This document shows positions 52,438 to 63,691 of a stretch of 64,000 bases of DNA, one piece after another. The stretch spans positions 4,685,797 to 4,749,796 of the forward strand of contig OX638380.1 in the NCBI GenBank assembly GCA_951813855.1. Direction: 5' to 3'. The stretch is from an uncultured Verrucomicrobiae bacterium (GTDB lineage: Bacteria > Verrucomicrobiota > Verrucomicrobiia > Limisphaerales > AAA164-E04). The position numbers were made by a program, and so were the translations under genes. Each line of letters starts with the position of its first letter. Positions within the stretch are counted from its first letter, which is position 1. The notes under the pieces are model-generated. The model did not search any database and was not told the origin of the DNA. It saw only the letters and a list, made by a program, of their open reading frames with translations.

Positions 52438-52839
52438 ATGGAACATGCAGGTTTTTTGAATCGCTCGCTCGCCTTTATGGTTGATTCGGTCATTTTCGCC
52501 GTGCTGAGCGTGTTGCTGAACATACCGGTCATATGGCTTGTTCTCGAATATCCCGACTACTCTTTCCTCGGGTGGTTGTACTGGTTGCATCATCCGATCC
52601 TGATCGTGTTCTGTTGGATTCAATGGCAGGCGACTCCCGGAAAGATTCTGTTCAAAATGAAGGTCATGGACGCCGATACCGGCGATCCGGCTTCCTTCGG
52701 TCAATACGTCGGCCGGTATTTCACCCTCGGTCTTTCTTTTATGTGTTTCGGTTTGGGAGTTCTTTGGGTGGCCGTTGATTCCCGAAAACAGGGATGGCAC
52801 GATACGATCGTCAACACCATGGTGGTGCAGGAATCCTGA
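52438..52839 (+). CDS. RDD family membrane protein
   Basis: Sequence GFLNRSLAFMVDSVIFAVL...WQATPGKILFKMKVMD...GRYF...DSRKQGWHDTIVNTMVV fits the RDD layout. Length is 133 aa. Confidence 0.75.
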   Translation: MEHAGFLNRSLAFMVDSVIFAVLSVLLNIPVIWLVLEYPDYSFLGWLYWLHHPILIVFCWIQWQATPGKILFKMKVMDADTGDPASFGQYVGRYFTLGLSFMCFGLGVLWVAVDSRKQGWHDTIVNTMVVQES

Positions 52840-53319
52840 CTCCGTCCGGCGAGCGGTATCCGTAAGTCCTCGGCGACGATCGCAAGCGTTTGTCGCCGAT
52901 AGTGAAAGAGCCCATCCGTGATCCCAGCTTGCCCGAAAGGCTGTTCGAATTCACGGGGCGGGCCATTCGGCAATTCGATCGTTTCTGTCGTCCGGAGGGC
53001 CTTTTGGGGGTAACGAATTCGGTGCCGGCTCGATTCCTCGAGATTAGCGAACCCGGTTGCCGGGCAGCGTCTCATCCCGGTCGGGGCAGTTCCCGGCTTT
53101 TTCTCGGAACTCGTTCTGACTTTCTCACCGGAACCTGGTTTCGCGCCGGCCCTCCGCTCGGAACCGGCGGTTGCCCGATCGGTTCGAACGAAGCGAAGGC
53201 GCGTTCGGCGGACGTTGCAACTTCGGATTTGCCAAAAACGGTCGGCTTCTGTTTGATCGTCGAAAACCCGAAGACGGACGAAGGTTAAACGGAGTCCGAC
53301 CCGAGAAATAATTCGTGCT

Positions 53320-55092
53320 ATGCGACATTCAGGAGGCATTTTGAGTTTCACGGCCTTGTTGTGGGTCGCGTTTTCCCCGCTGGTTCTTCCAGCCGAATCC
53401 GATCCCGAATTCCGCCGGTTGGCGGCCGATTACATCGATCGCATGCCGGCCTTGTCGCCGATCGGTGCCACCATGATGGGGGATCACCGTTTCGACGGGA
53501 AACTGGATCGAATCGACGCTGAGGGTCGCGCCCAGAGACTGGCGTTTATCGAAGAGTTTCTACGCCGGCTGGAAGCGATCGATACCGCCCGGCTATCCCG
53601 CGAACTGCAAATCGACGCCGCCTTGTTGCGGCACGATCTGAAACGTTCCCGATGGCACTTGGAAGTCTTTCAGGACTGGGCTTGGAATCCGTTGATCTAT
53701 ACCGGCAAGGCCGGGGGAGCGATCTACGGTTTGACGGCCCGGAAATTCGCTCCGTTGCCAGAGCGCTTGAATAACGCCGCCTCGCGGCTGGAACAAATTC
53801 CGGTGTTTTTGGAACAAGTGCGAAAGGTCTTGCAACCTCGCCGCACTCCTCGGGTTCACGCCGAAACCGCCGTCAAGCAAAACAGCGGTGTCCCCAGCAT
53901 CATCGATAACATGATCGTACCGGCGATGGACGTTTTGTCTCCGTCGGACCGACTGCAACTGGACCAAGCTATCAAAATGGCTCGCGATGCCGTCGTCAGC
54001 CATGGCGAATGGCTCGAAACCGAATTGCTGCCCCAGGCGAAAGGCGAATTCCGTATCGGTAAAAAACTCTTCGACGAAAAATTGGCCTTCGCGCTCTTCA
54101 CGCCGCTCAGTCGGGACGAGGTCAAAAGGCGAGCCGAAAGCGAATTTCGAAAAACCCGAGAGGAAATGTACGACATCAGCGTGCGGCTCTACCGGAAGCA
54201 ATATCCATTAACGGTTTTCCCCGATAATCCCGGCGAAGCCTATCGCCAAGCTGTCATTCGGGCGGCCTTGGAAATCGTTTATCAGGATCGTCTCCAGAGA
54301 GGCGAAATCCCGGAATTGGCGCGTCGGCAAGTCGACGAAGCTACCGAATTCGTCCAGAAAGAGGATCTGATGACGGTTCCTGACGACCCGCTGGAAATTA
54401 TCCTGATGCCGAAATTCCGCCGCGGAGTGTCGGTCGCTTATTGCGATTCGCCGGGCCCGCTGGACCGGGGTTTGAAAACCTTTTACGCCGTTTCGCCGAT
54501 CCCCGAAGATTGGACGGAAACTCAGGTCGATTCGTTTCTTCGCGAATACAACGTCTGGTCGATGCACGACCTGACGATGCACGAAGCGGTTCCCGGGCAT
54601 TTTCTCCAGTTGGCGCATTCGAACCGCTATCCTTCCTTGTTGCGAGCGTTGCTTTCTTCCGGAACTTTCATCGAAGGCTGGGCCGTTTACAGCGAGCGGA
54701 TGATGGTCGACGCCGGGTATCTGGGGGGCGACGATCGGATGCGGCTGATCAATCTCAAGTGGTATCTCCGGGGCATCACCAACGCGCTGATGGATCAGGC
54801 GATTCATGTCGACGGCATGAACCGGGAAGAGGCCATGCGCTTGATGGTGGAAGGCGGATTTCAGGAAGAACGGGAGGCTGCGGGGAAATGGACCCGGGCC
54901 CAATTGACCTCGGCCCAACTGAGCACCTATTTCGTCGGCACGCAGGAACATTGGGATTTGCGTCGGCAAGTGGAGGAAGCGTGGCAAGAGGATTTCGACC
55001 TTAAGCGTTATCACGACAAGGTGATGTCCTTCGGATCGCCTCCCGTGCAATTCGTCAAGGCGTTGATGCTGGATTTGCCGATTCCCCGCTGA
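53320..55092 (+). CDS. DUF885 family protein (secreted)
   Basis: The signal peptide is ILSFTALLWVAFSPLVLPAES. The characteristic HEAVPGHFLQ motif is present. Length is 590 aa. Confidence 0.8.
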   Translation: MRHSGGILSFTALLWVAFSPLVLPAESDPEFRRLAADYIDRMPALSPIGATMMGDHRFDGKLDRIDAEGRAQRLAFIEEFLRRLEAIDTARLSRELQIDAALLRHDLKRSRWHLEVFQDWAWNPLIYTGKAGGAIYGLTARKFAPLPERLNNAASRLEQIPVFLEQVRKVLQPRRTPRVHAETAVKQNSGVPSIIDNMIVPAMDVLSPSDRLQLDQAIKMARDAVVSHGEWLETELLPQAKGEFRIGKKLFDEKLAFALFTPLSRDEVKRRAESEFRKTREEMYDISVRLYRKQYPLTVFPDNPGEAYRQAVIRAALEIVYQDRLQRGEIPELARRQVDEATEFVQKEDLMTVPDDPLEIILMPKFRRGVSVAYCDSPGPLDRGLKTFYAVSPIPEDWTETQVDSFLREYNVWSMHDLTMHEAVPGHFLQLAHSNRYPSLLRALLSSGTFIEGWAVYSERMMVDAGYLGGDDRMRLINLKWYLRGITNALMDQAIHVDGMNREEAMRLMVEGGFQEEREAAGKWTRAQLTSAQLSTYFVGTQEHWDLRRQVEEAWQEDFDLKRYHDKVMSFGSPPVQFVKALMLDLPIPR

Positions 55093-55207
55093 CCGAGCCA
55101 CCGCGGCCGTATTGGTTGAGCTTGACGGCTTATCCCCGTTGGGTAGAGTCCGTACGACCGCCCGTCGTAACGATGTCGACAGGCGGATCGTTGAAAAAGG
55201 AGAGATC

Positions 55208-56860
55208 ATGAGAAGCGCGTTACCGTTATTGTCGTTGATAGGACTTTTTCTTGCGGGCTCGCTCTTTGCGGATCGGTCGACGTTGGACGAGACCAAGACC
55301 CGCTACGCCTTACCCTTGCCGGAACCTCCTGAAATCGACGGCGTGATCGATTTGGACGGCGGCGAATCCTGGAATCGGGCGGCGGGAGTCGCCGGCCGGA
55401 ATTGGCGCGTGCAATACGACGAAAACCTGGAGGACTTTTTTCGCGGGGGAACTTACGGAGATAACGATACCGAAGAGCCTTGGGACGTGAACGATCTGCA
55501 GTTCGACATTTACGTCGGCATGGACCAAGACAACCTCTACGTGGCGGTTCGCGTGTTCGACGACTATATCTTTACGGACAGCGCCGAGGAAGAGTCCGAA
55601 GACGAACAGACTTGGCTCGACGACGGAGTCGAACTGTTTATCGACGGCAACAACAGTAATTTCGCCGAACGAAACAATACCGACCCCGACGTCATCGATT
55701 CGGGCGGTCAATTCGTGATCACCGCCAATAACGCCCGGCGGGACAAGGAAGCCGGAGATCCCGAATTCGGGGCCGAGGCCGAGTGGTTCGCTAAAACCGC
55801 TACCCGAGACGATACTGGCTATGACGCCGAGTTCCGCATTTCCTGGAGCATCTTGGGCGACCCGAAGCCAGGGGATATCATCGGGTTTACGGTCGGAGTC
55901 AACGATGACGACGACGGCGACACGGCCGAACGTCAGATTGTCTGGGTCGGCTCTCCCCATACCGAACACACTTACGGCAATTTGATCTTGGGGGGCAGGC
56001 GGTATGTCGCCCCTATGGTGTCTGATGCGCCGACTTTGGACGGCGTCATCGGTGATAACGAGTATCCCAACGCGATGCCGAACCTGGTTAACGGCTTTAC
56101 CGGCGTGTACAACATTCCCTCGGGCGACGATACTTGGGAATCGGACGATCACTCGTTTACTTGGCGTGTGGTTTTCGATCGGGAAGCCATTTATGTCGGC
56201 TGCGAAGTGCTTGACGACCAATTGGTCAGCGATACCGCTCAAGCCGGCAGCGAAGACGGCCAGACCTGGCATGACGACAGCGTGGAAATCTTTTTCGATC
56301 CGGACGAAAGCGACGACGAGGGGCGTGGTATGACTCCCTTCGAGGGGCAATACGTAATGACGGTCAACGGCGCTTGGCGCGATAACGAGGCCAACAATCC
56401 CGAATTCGGCGAAAACGGCGACTGGTATGCGGTAGCGAAAGAAGGCGACGGAAAATACACTATCGAATTCAAAGTCCAAAGATCGGCTCTCCTCGATCCC
56501 GAGGACGGCACGGTTATGGGCTTTAACATCGCGATCAACGACGACGACGGTTCGAACCGTAAAGCGCAACTCAACTGGAGCGGCCGTCCGCATTCGGAAT
56601 TCACCTATGGGCAATTGGTTTTGGGCCAGGAAGTTTCCGCCGACCCTCCGTCGTTGAGTTTCGAATCCGGAACCGACGGCATCGTGACCATCAGTTTCGA
56701 AGGCAACCTGCTGTTCGCGAATTCGGTTGACGGACCGTGGGAACCGGTCCCCTTAGTGCTGCCCAGTCCCTTGAAAATCGATCTGAACAACCCTGCCGAT
56801 CCGCTCACTGCTCTGATCCAAAGCGAAGCCGTGTTGTTCGTCAGAGCCGTTCGCCCCTAA
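55208..56860 (+). CDS. secreted protein with two tandem CBM9/DOMON-like sugar-binding domains
   Basis: AAGGAG lies 6 nt upstream of the ATG at 55208. The signal peptide is MRSALPLLSLIGLFLAGSLFA. Two repeats share the pattern W..A........DD.D...V....D...LYVA/VGCEV.DD......D...W.DD.VE.F.D. Confidence 0.55.
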   Translation: MRSALPLLSLIGLFLAGSLFADRSTLDETKTRYALPLPEPPEIDGVIDLDGGESWNRAAGVAGRNWRVQYDENLEDFFRGGTYGDNDTEEPWDVNDLQFDIYVGMDQDNLYVAVRVFDDYIFTDSAEEESEDEQTWLDDGVELFIDGNNSNFAERNNTDPDVIDSGGQFVITANNARRDKEAGDPEFGAEAEWFAKTATRDDTGYDAEFRISWSILGDPKPGDIIGFTVGVNDDDDGDTAERQIVWVGSPHTEHTYGNLILGGRRYVAPMVSDAPTLDGVIGDNEYPNAMPNLVNGFTGVYNIPSGDDTWESDDHSFTWRVVFDREAIYVGCEVLDDQLVSDTAQAGSEDGQTWHDDSVEIFFDPDESDDEGRGMTPFEGQYVMTVNGAWRDNEANNPEFGENGDWYAVAKEGDGKYTIEFKVQRSALLDPEDGTVMGFNIAINDDDGSNRKAQLNWSGRPHSEFTYGQLVLGQEVSADPPSLSFESGTDGIVTISFEGNLLFANSVDGPWEPVPLVLPSPLKIDLNNPADPLTALIQSEAVLFVRAVRP

Positions 56861-56872
56861 TCATCGGCGACT

Positions 56873-59800
56873 ATGAACGGTGGAGTCGGGTTGAAGAGAC
56901 GGGAGCGTCTTCGTTGCCGCTCCACGCCGGATACGTCGGCCGGCGGAATAGATTTTTCCCCGAACCGGGGCGCCTATCGTTCGATTCGACCGATCTTGGC
57001 GCTGATCTTTTTGCTGACGGTCCCGTTGCAGGCCGACCAGCGGCTTAAACCCAGGAATGGCCCGGAACCCTCACGGCTTTTCGAACGCCTGACCGCGGCG
57101 GAAACCGGCGTGGATTGCTCTTTGCCGTTTCCCCAAGGCGCGTCGTTCGACTTGTTGACCGATCAGACTTCCGGCACCGGAGTCGCTTTGGGTGACGCGG
57201 ACGGCGATGGACTACCCGATATTTTCGCGACGCGATACGATTTGGGCAATCGGCTATACCGCAATCTGGGCGACTGGCGATTCGAGGACGTCACCGAACG
57301 AGCGGGGGTAGGGGGAGGCAAAGTTTGGAGCGGCGGAGCTGCTTTCGTGGACATCGACGGCGACGGAGACCTCGACCTGTACGTTTGCGTCTACGACGCC
57401 CCTAACTTGCTCTACATCAACCGGGGAAACGGCATCTTCGACGAAAAAGCCGCCGAGTTCGGGTTAGCTTATTCCGGAGCCAGCGTCATGATGGCTTTCG
57501 CCGATTACGATCGGGACGGCGACCTGGACGGTTATCTGGTGACCCATCGACTGAAGCAGGGCCGTAAGCACACGGTGCCGAACGATACCCAAGACGCGAT
57601 CGAGCGGGGAATCATCAGGATCGACAACCGGCAGGTCAGTATCCGGCCGGAATACCGGGGGCTCTTCGATTTGATGCCTCGTCAAAACGGCCGGTTGGAA
57701 TTGATCATCGCCGGCGAACCGGACGTACTGTTTCGGAACGAGGGAAACGGCCGCTTTATCCCGATCAGCGAGGCGGCCGGAATTCGCGGCACGGGAATCG
57801 GCTTGGCGGCCGCCTGGTGGGATTACGACGGGGATCAATGGCCCGATCTGTACGTCAGCAACGATTACAAGGGAGCCGATCGGCTTTACCGCAACAACGG
57901 CAACGGTACGTTCACCGACGTGGCTAAAACGGCATTGCCTTACACTCCCTGGTTTTCGATGGGCAGCGACAGCGCCGATATCAATAACGACGGTTACGTC
58001 GATTTGCTGGCTTCCGACATGTCCGGAAGCGATCACTACTCCCGAAAAATGGGCATGGGCGATATGGCCAAGAACCGCTGGTTTTTGATGCAGGCCCAAC
58101 CCCGGCAATATATGCGCAACGCCGTGTATCTCGGCACCGGCACCGAACGAGTGTTGGAAGCGGCCGCAATGACGGGATTGGCCAATACCGACTGGACCTG
58201 GTCGCCCAAGTTCGGGGATTTCGATTTGGACGGGAACATTGATTTGTTCGTATCCAACGGGATGTCGCGGGATTTCATGAACGGCGATTGGGTGGCCGCC
58301 ATTAAGTCGCGCGATAGCTTGAATTGGCTTCAGGTTCCCGTGTTGACCCAACCCAATTTGGCTTTCAAAAACCTCGGGAATTTAGCTTTCGAATCGGTTG
58401 GCGAAGCTTGGGGATTGAACCGTAACGCGGTGAGTTACGGAGCGGCCCTGGCCGATCTCGATCGGGACGGCGATCTGGATTTGGTGGTCGCCGATTTCGG
58501 CGAAGGACTGTCCGTCTACCGCAACCGGGGAACGACGGGCGACGCCTTGCTGATCAGATTGATCGGCGGTCCCAGCAACCGTTGGGGCATCGGCGCCAAG
58601 GTCACGGCCCATTTGGGCGATTTGACCGTTACCCGGGTGTTGACTTCCGCTCAGGGATTCATGTCCTCGAACGAGCCGCTGGTGCATTTCGGGATTCCTG
58701 AGGGCCGCCTCGTCGAGCGGTTGGAAGTGCATTGGCCCAGCGGAGTGAGGCAACGATTCTCCGAGGTTCGAACCGGCCGGTTGCTAACCGTTCGGGAAGC
58801 CTCTTCGGAGGAACGATTCGACGCTCCGGAACGCCGTTCGGCGCCTTGGTTCGAAGCCCGAGATCCCGGACTGAATTGGCGCCATCAGGAACGGAATTTC
58901 GATGATTATCGAATTCAACCGCTGTTGCCGGCCAGACAGTCCCGCTTCGGTCCCGGAATGGCCGTAGCGGACGTCGATGGCGATCAGGACGAAGATTTGT
59001 TCGTGGGCGGCGCGGCGGGGCAATCCGGCACGCTCTTTTTGCGTACGGAAGCAGGTTGGGAGGAACGAACCGAACCGTTCTCCGCCGACTCGGCCAGCGA
59101 AGATCTGGGCGTGCTTTTTTTCGACGCCGATTCGGACGACGATTGGGATCTCTATGTCGTTTCCGGCGGCGTGGAGGCTCCCGAGGGCGACGCCGGTTAT
59201 CGGGATCGGCTTTACTGGAACGACGGCGAAGGTCGATTTCGTAAAGCCGCCGCCGACGTGCTCCCCGCCGACGTGTTGGCCGGCAGCGTCGTGTGCGCGG
59301 CCGATTATGACCGGGACGGCGATTTGGATCTGTTCGTCGGTGGCCGTTCCGTTCCCGGACGCTATCCGGTGGCCGTTCCCAATCGGTTGCTGCAAAACCA
59401 GCGAGGCCGGTTTCGGATCGGCCCCGCTCTGGAATCGCCGGTTCATACTTCCGGAATCGTGACCTCCGCTCTCTGGTCGGACTTCGACGACGACGGTTGG
59501 GTCGATCTTCTCGTGACCCATGATTGGGGGCCCGTTCGCCTGTTTCGCAATCGCCAAGGGAAATTGGAAGACGCAACTGAGCAAGCCGCTCTGAGGAATC
59601 GCTTCGGTTGGTGGAACGGGATCGTAGGGGCCGACATCGACAATGACGGCGACTTGGATTATCTGGTTGCGAACCGGGGACGCAACACCAAGTACCACGG
59701 AAGTTTGGAGCATCCCGATTCCATCTATTACGGGGATATGGACGGCAGCGGCAAGGCACGCCTCGTCGAGGCCGGTTACGAAGGCGGCATCTGTTATCCG

Positions 59801-60610
59801 GAACGAGGCAAAAGTTGTACGACCGCCGCCATCCCTTCGTTGCGCCGCCAGTTTCCCACCTTCCAGCGGTTCGCCTTGGCGACGCTGACCGATATCTATT
59901 CCCCGCAACGTCTGGAGTCCGCGCTGAGGCGGGACGTGAATACGATCGAATCGGCCGTATTAAGAAACGAAGGCCAGGGACGGTTTCGCCTCGAACCCTT
60001 GTCGCCGCTGGCCCAACTCGCTCCGGTGTTCGGCATGATCGCCACCGAACTGAACGGCGATTCCTGGATCGACGGCGTTCTGGCGCAAAACGATTTCAGC
60101 CCCCAGCCCGAAACCGGCCGGATGGCCGGAGGCCAAGGGGTAGTGCTTCAGGGAAAAGCGCCCGGTCTGCCGGAACCGATTTGGCCGGGTCGTTCGGGAT
60201 TTTCGGTTGCGGGCGACGCCAAGGCTTTGGTTTACAGCGATGTCGATCGGAACGGCTCTCCCGACCTTTGGGTCGCTCAAAACGACGGGCCCCTCAAACT
60301 GTTCGTCAATCGGAGTGCCGCACGCTTCTTGGCGGTCAAGTTGCGGGGGGCCAAGGGCAATCGCGATGCCGTCGGAGCGAAAGTTACCCTGAACATCGCC
60401 GGTCTTAAACCGCAAGTGCGCGAGGTAGCCGCCGGTTCGGGATATCTCTCCCAATCGACGGCCACGCTTTTCTTCGGCTTGGGAGCGGCGGGCGAGTTCG
60501 CCGAGACTGGCGAACTCGACGTTCGCTGGCCTGACGGAAACCGTTCTCGGCACTCCGTGCCGTTAGGTCCCGAGCCTTACCGGCTGATCTCTCGACCCGG
60601 CGAACGGTAA
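56873..60610 (+). CDS. FG-GAP/VCBS-repeat protein with ASPIC/UnbV domains (CRTAC1 family), 1245 aa
   Basis: At least six D-x-D-G-D-G-D-L-D-type repeats are present (DADGDGLPDIF, DIDGDGDLDLYV, DYDRDGDLDGYL, DLDRDGDLDLVV, DIDNDGDLDYLV). Two UnbV-like segments are LIRLIGGPSNRWGIGAKVT and VKLRGAKGNRDAVGAKVTL...GSGYLSQS. Confidence 0.8.
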   Translation: MNGGVGLKRRERLRCRSTPDTSAGGIDFSPNRGAYRSIRPILALIFLLTVPLQADQRLKPRNGPEPSRLFERLTAAETGVDCSLPFPQGASFDLLTDQTSGTGVALGDADGDGLPDIFATRYDLGNRLYRNLGDWRFEDVTERAGVGGGKVWSGGAAFVDIDGDGDLDLYVCVYDAPNLLYINRGNGIFDEKAAEFGLAYSGASVMMAFADYDRDGDLDGYLVTHRLKQGRKHTVPNDTQDAIERGIIRIDNRQVSIRPEYRGLFDLMPRQNGRLELIIAGEPDVLFRNEGNGRFIPISEAAGIRGTGIGLAAAWWDYDGDQWPDLYVSNDYKGADRLYRNNGNGTFTDVAKTALPYTPWFSMGSDSADINNDGYVDLLASDMSGSDHYSRKMGMGDMAKNRWFLMQAQPRQYMRNAVYLGTGTERVLEAAAMTGLANTDWTWSPKFGDFDLDGNIDLFVSNGMSRDFMNGDWVAAIKSRDSLNWLQVPVLTQPNLAFKNLGNLAFESVGEAWGLNRNAVSYGAALADLDRDGDLDLVVADFGEGLSVYRNRGTTGDALLIRLIGGPSNRWGIGAKVTAHLGDLTVTRVLTSAQGFMSSNEPLVHFGIPEGRLVERLEVHWPSGVRQRFSEVRTGRLLTVREASSEERFDAPERRSAPWFEARDPGLNWRHQERNFDDYRIQPLLPARQSRFGPGMAVADVDGDQDEDLFVGGAAGQSGTLFLRTEAGWEERTEPFSADSASEDLGVLFFDADSDDDWDLYVVSGGVEAPEGDAGYRDRLYWNDGEGRFRKAAADVLPADVLAGSVVCAADYDRDGDLDLFVGGRSVPGRYPVAVPNRLLQNQRGRFRIGPALESPVHTSGIVTSALWSDFDDDGWVDLLVTHDWGPVRLFRNRQGKLEDATEQAALRNRFGWWNGIVGADIDNDGDLDYLVANRGRNTKYHGSLEHPDSIYYGDMDGSGKARLVEAGYEGGICYPERGKSCTTAAIPSLRRQFPTFQRFALATLTDIYSPQRLESALRRDVNTIESAVLRNEGQGRFRLEPLSPLAQLAPVFGMIATELNGDSWIDGVLAQNDFSPQPETGRMAGGQGVVLQGKAPGLPEPIWPGRSGFSVAGDAKALVYSDVDRNGSPDLWVAQNDGPLKLFVNRSAARFLAVKLRGAKGNRDAVGAKVTLNIAGLKPQVREVAAGSGYLSQSTATLFFGLGAAGEFAETGELDVRWPDGNRSRHSVPLGPEPYRLISRPGER

Positions 60611-60614
60611 GCCG

Positions 60615-61577
60615 TTAAAGCCCGAACGCCCGCTGCATTTGTTCGCGGACTGTCCGTAGCCGATCCAAGCCTCCGCCGCCGACTTCCGCGGTCGCCCAAC
60701 CGGTGAACCCGATCTCCGCGAGTCCCTGGCGCACTTCGTCCCAAGGCAAATCGCCTTCGCCGATATCGGTGAATTTGTTCTGTTGCCGGCTGAATCCCTT
60801 GACGTCCAATTTAACGCAGCGATGCCCGAAACTCCGGATCCATTCCCGGGGTTGACCGTATTTCCAGTGATTGCCGATATCGTAATACATGCCGACCCAA
60901 GGGCTGTTGAAACTGTCGACGAAACGAACGAAGCGGTCTGCCGATTGTTCCGGCGGGGCGGGGGTATTGTGATCGTAGAACATTTGGTTCCAGACGTTTT
61001 CGATCAAGATGGGTTGCCCGAGAGCGGCCGCCAGAGGAATGAGTTTGCGCATTTCGTTTCGGGCTCGTTCCTCGACGATTTCCGGCGGTCCGTCGTTCGC
61101 CCGCCCGATGACGATGAGCACGCCGTTGCCTCCGGCGGCATGGGAGACCCGGATGCAATGATCGATATTGGCCACTCCTTGGGCCCGAACATTTTCGTCG
61201 GCGCTGGTGAGCCGTTGCCGCCAATGAGCGTGATTGATCGCGTTATGGACGAACACACCAGATTGTTTCACCGCGGCTCGCGCTTGGGCCGGCGTGTATT
61301 CCGCCGCTTGATCGAGATCGACCCCGTCGAAGCCGGCCTCGCCGGCCAGGCTCAATCGATCGGCCAAGGATAATTCCCGGTCGCCGATTTTGCGGGTGAT
61401 CATTCCGAGTTTGCAGGATAGCAAGATGCGGTTGCCTTCGGGCGGCAGGACGATCCCGGCCGCTTCTTGAGCGTGACTCGAAGAGGTCGCGGAAAAGGCC
61501 GCCAGAGCGGCCGCCGAAACGGTTCCGGTTCGGAGAAACGTCCGCCGGTCAAGGGTCCTCACGGTTGGGTATTTCAT
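60615..61577 (-). CDS. sugar phosphate isomerase/epimerase (xylose isomerase-like TIM barrel) with a TAT signal
   Basis: The likely start MKYPTVRTLDRRTFLRTGTVSAAALAAF is at 61577. TIM-barrel-type segments are AGFDGVDLD, VLIVIGRAN and PILIENVWN. Confidence 0.7.
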   Translation of the reverse strand: MKYPTVRTLDRRTFLRTGTVSAAALAAFSATSSSHAQEAAGIVLPPEGNRILLSCKLGMITRKIGDRELSLADRLSLAGEAGFDGVDLDQAAEYTPAQARAAVKQSGVFVHNAINHAHWRQRLTSADENVRAQGVANIDHCIRVSHAAGGNGVLIVIGRANDGPPEIVEERARNEMRKLIPLAAALGQPILIENVWNQMFYDHNTPAPPEQSADRFVRFVDSFNSPWVGMYYDIGNHWKYGQPREWIRSFGHRCVKLDVKGFSRQQNKFTDIGEGDLPWDEVRQGLAEIGFTGWATAEVGGGGLDRLRTVREQMQRAFGL

Positions 61578-61782
61578 GGATATTCGCCGCGAGTCTAAGC
61601 TTTCGGCTCCTGGTTTGGCAATTCCGGAATCTCGGGCTCGAAGCGGCTGTTCCATTTCGGTCAAGTTGCTTCAAACCGGACAGCCTCCAGCAGGGCGCAA
61701 TGTCAGTCGAAATAATTTTCGATTACCGTAAAGTGCTGGTGACCAATAAGTTACGCAAATAAATCGCACGAATTTCCGACTT

Positions 61783-61798
61783 TGGCATCCCGATTGCT
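61783..61798 (+). promoter_or_regulatory. sigma-54 (-24/-12) type promoter upstream of glnK-amt
   Basis: TGGCAT-CCCGA-TTGCT matches the consensus TGGCAC-N5-TTGCW with correct GG/GC spacing. It lies 33 nt upstream of the glnK ATG. Confidence 0.6.
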
Positions 61799-61800
61799 AA

Positions 61801-62169
<369 letters not shown>

Positions 62170-62214
62170 ATCAGAAAGGAATCATCGAGCGAAGCCACCG
62201 ACCCATTTTTTACT

Positions 62215-63594
62215 ATGAAGAAACTACTGTTCAGTTTTTTAACCGTTGCCGCGTTCTTTTTCTGTCCCCTCTCTCTGGAGGTTCAGGGGCAGGAAACGGA
62301 CCCGCCCGCCGCGACCGCTCCCGAATATGTCACGCAAGCCGACATCAACAGCACCGCCATATTCAGGGTCGACAATCTCTGGATCCTGATTGCCGCCGCC
62401 TTGGTGTTCCTGATGCACTTGGGCTTTTCCACGCTCGAGACAGGGTTGACCCGGCAGAAAAACGCCGTGAACGTGTTGTACAAGAACGTGTTTATCATCT
62501 GCCTAGGCATCATCAGTTATTATTGGTGGGGATACACCGCAATGTACGCGAGTTTGGGTTTGGAAGATCCCGGCAAATGGTTGATACCTGATATTATCAA
62601 CTTAGGCGCTCCCGTAGATTACAGTGACGAAGCTACATTTACGTCTGCATGGGGTGATTACACGCTTTGGTCTGATTATATCTTTCAAGCCATGTTCGCA
62701 GCTACCGCCGCTACCATCGTATCCGGTGCCGTAGCCGAGAGAATCAAGCTCCCTTCGTTCATGGTATTCGTAACGCTCTTGGTGACGTTCGCTTATCCAA
62801 TTACCGGTTCTTGGAAATGGGGCGCAGGTTGGTTGGATGATAACGGGTTTCACGATTTTGCCGGTTCGACACTGGTTCATGCCGTAGGTGGATTTGCCGC
62901 CTTGGCTTGCGTTATGATTCTCGGCCCTCGAAAGGGGAAGTATCAAAAGGACGGCAGCATGCGCCCGATCCCCGGCCATAACTTACCCCTGGCGACAATC
63001 GGCGTGTTTTTGCTCTGGCTCGGGTGGTTCGGTTTCAATGGCGGTTCGGTATTGAATGCTGATCCTAAGGGTGTTTCTTGGGTTTTCGTAACCACGGCCT
63101 TGGCTGCCGCTGCCGGCGGCGTAGTGTCCATGTTGGTTTCTTGGCTGGCCCTGAAGAAGCCGGATCTTTCCATGGCGCTCAACGGCGTGCTGGCGGGATT
63201 AGTCGGAATCACTGCTGGGGCGGATGTCGTCAATCCGGGAAGCGCTATCATCATCGGCGGCATCGCCGGAATCATCGTGTGTTTCTCGATTATCTTCTTC
63301 GACCGGATCATGATCGACGATCCGGTAGGCGCCATTTCGGTTCACGGGGTCTGCGGGATTTGGGGCACGGTCGCCGTCGGAATTTTCAGTACGAATCCGG
63401 ATCATAGTTTGCTTTGGCAGATCATCGGCACGGTATCGATTTCGGCGTTCGTGTTCGTCTTCAGTCTGATCGTTTTCGCCGTCATCAAGGCCATCATGGG
63501 AGTTCGGATCAGTGAAGAAGACGAATTCGAAGGTCTCGATATCACCGAACACGGCAACGAAGCTTATCCGAATTTCCAAATCAGAACCGACTAG
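62215..63594 (+). CDS. amt: ammonium transporter (Amt family) with a signal peptide
   Basis: Motifs are FAGSTLVHAVGGFAALACVMILGPRKG, HNLPLATIGVFLLWLGWFGFNGGS and DDPVGAISVHGVCGIWGT. Length is 459 aa. Confidence 0.92.
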   Translation: MKKLLFSFLTVAAFFFCPLSLEVQGQETDPPAATAPEYVTQADINSTAIFRVDNLWILIAAALVFLMHLGFSTLETGLTRQKNAVNVLYKNVFIICLGIISYYWWGYTAMYASLGLEDPGKWLIPDIINLGAPVDYSDEATFTSAWGDYTLWSDYIFQAMFAATAATIVSGAVAERIKLPSFMVFVTLLVTFAYPITGSWKWGAGWLDDNGFHDFAGSTLVHAVGGFAALACVMILGPRKGKYQKDGSMRPIPGHNLPLATIGVFLLWLGWFGFNGGSVLNADPKGVSWVFVTTALAAAAGGVVSMLVSWLALKKPDLSMALNGVLAGLVGITAGADVVNPGSAIIIGGIAGIIVCFSIIFFDRIMIDDPVGAISVHGVCGIWGTVAVGIFSTNPDHSLLWQIIGTVSISAFVFVFSLIVFAVIKAIMGVRISEEDEFEGLDITEHGNEAYPNFQIRTD

Positions 63595-63658
63595 GCGGTT
63601 AGTTTGGAGACTTACTCTCGACTACGCTAAAACGAGGGGTTGAGTAATCGAGAGAGAT

Positions 63659-63691
63659 GGTCGGCGAGTCATTCGCCGGCCATTTTTTTTT
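63659..63691 (+). terminator. rho-independent terminator after amt
   Basis: The stem pairs GGTCGGCGA with TCGCCGGCC (one non-Watson-Crick pair) around a GTCAT loop. A run of nine T follows. Confidence 0.7.

Noticed and set aside
54208-59908. Several long antisense ORFs lie opposite the DUF885, CBM9-like and FG-GAP genes (54208-55296, 55310-56614, 57464-58351, 58659-59759, 58784-59908).
   Set aside because: These are typical high-GC shadow ORFs with no motifs. The sense-strand genes have clear domain signatures.
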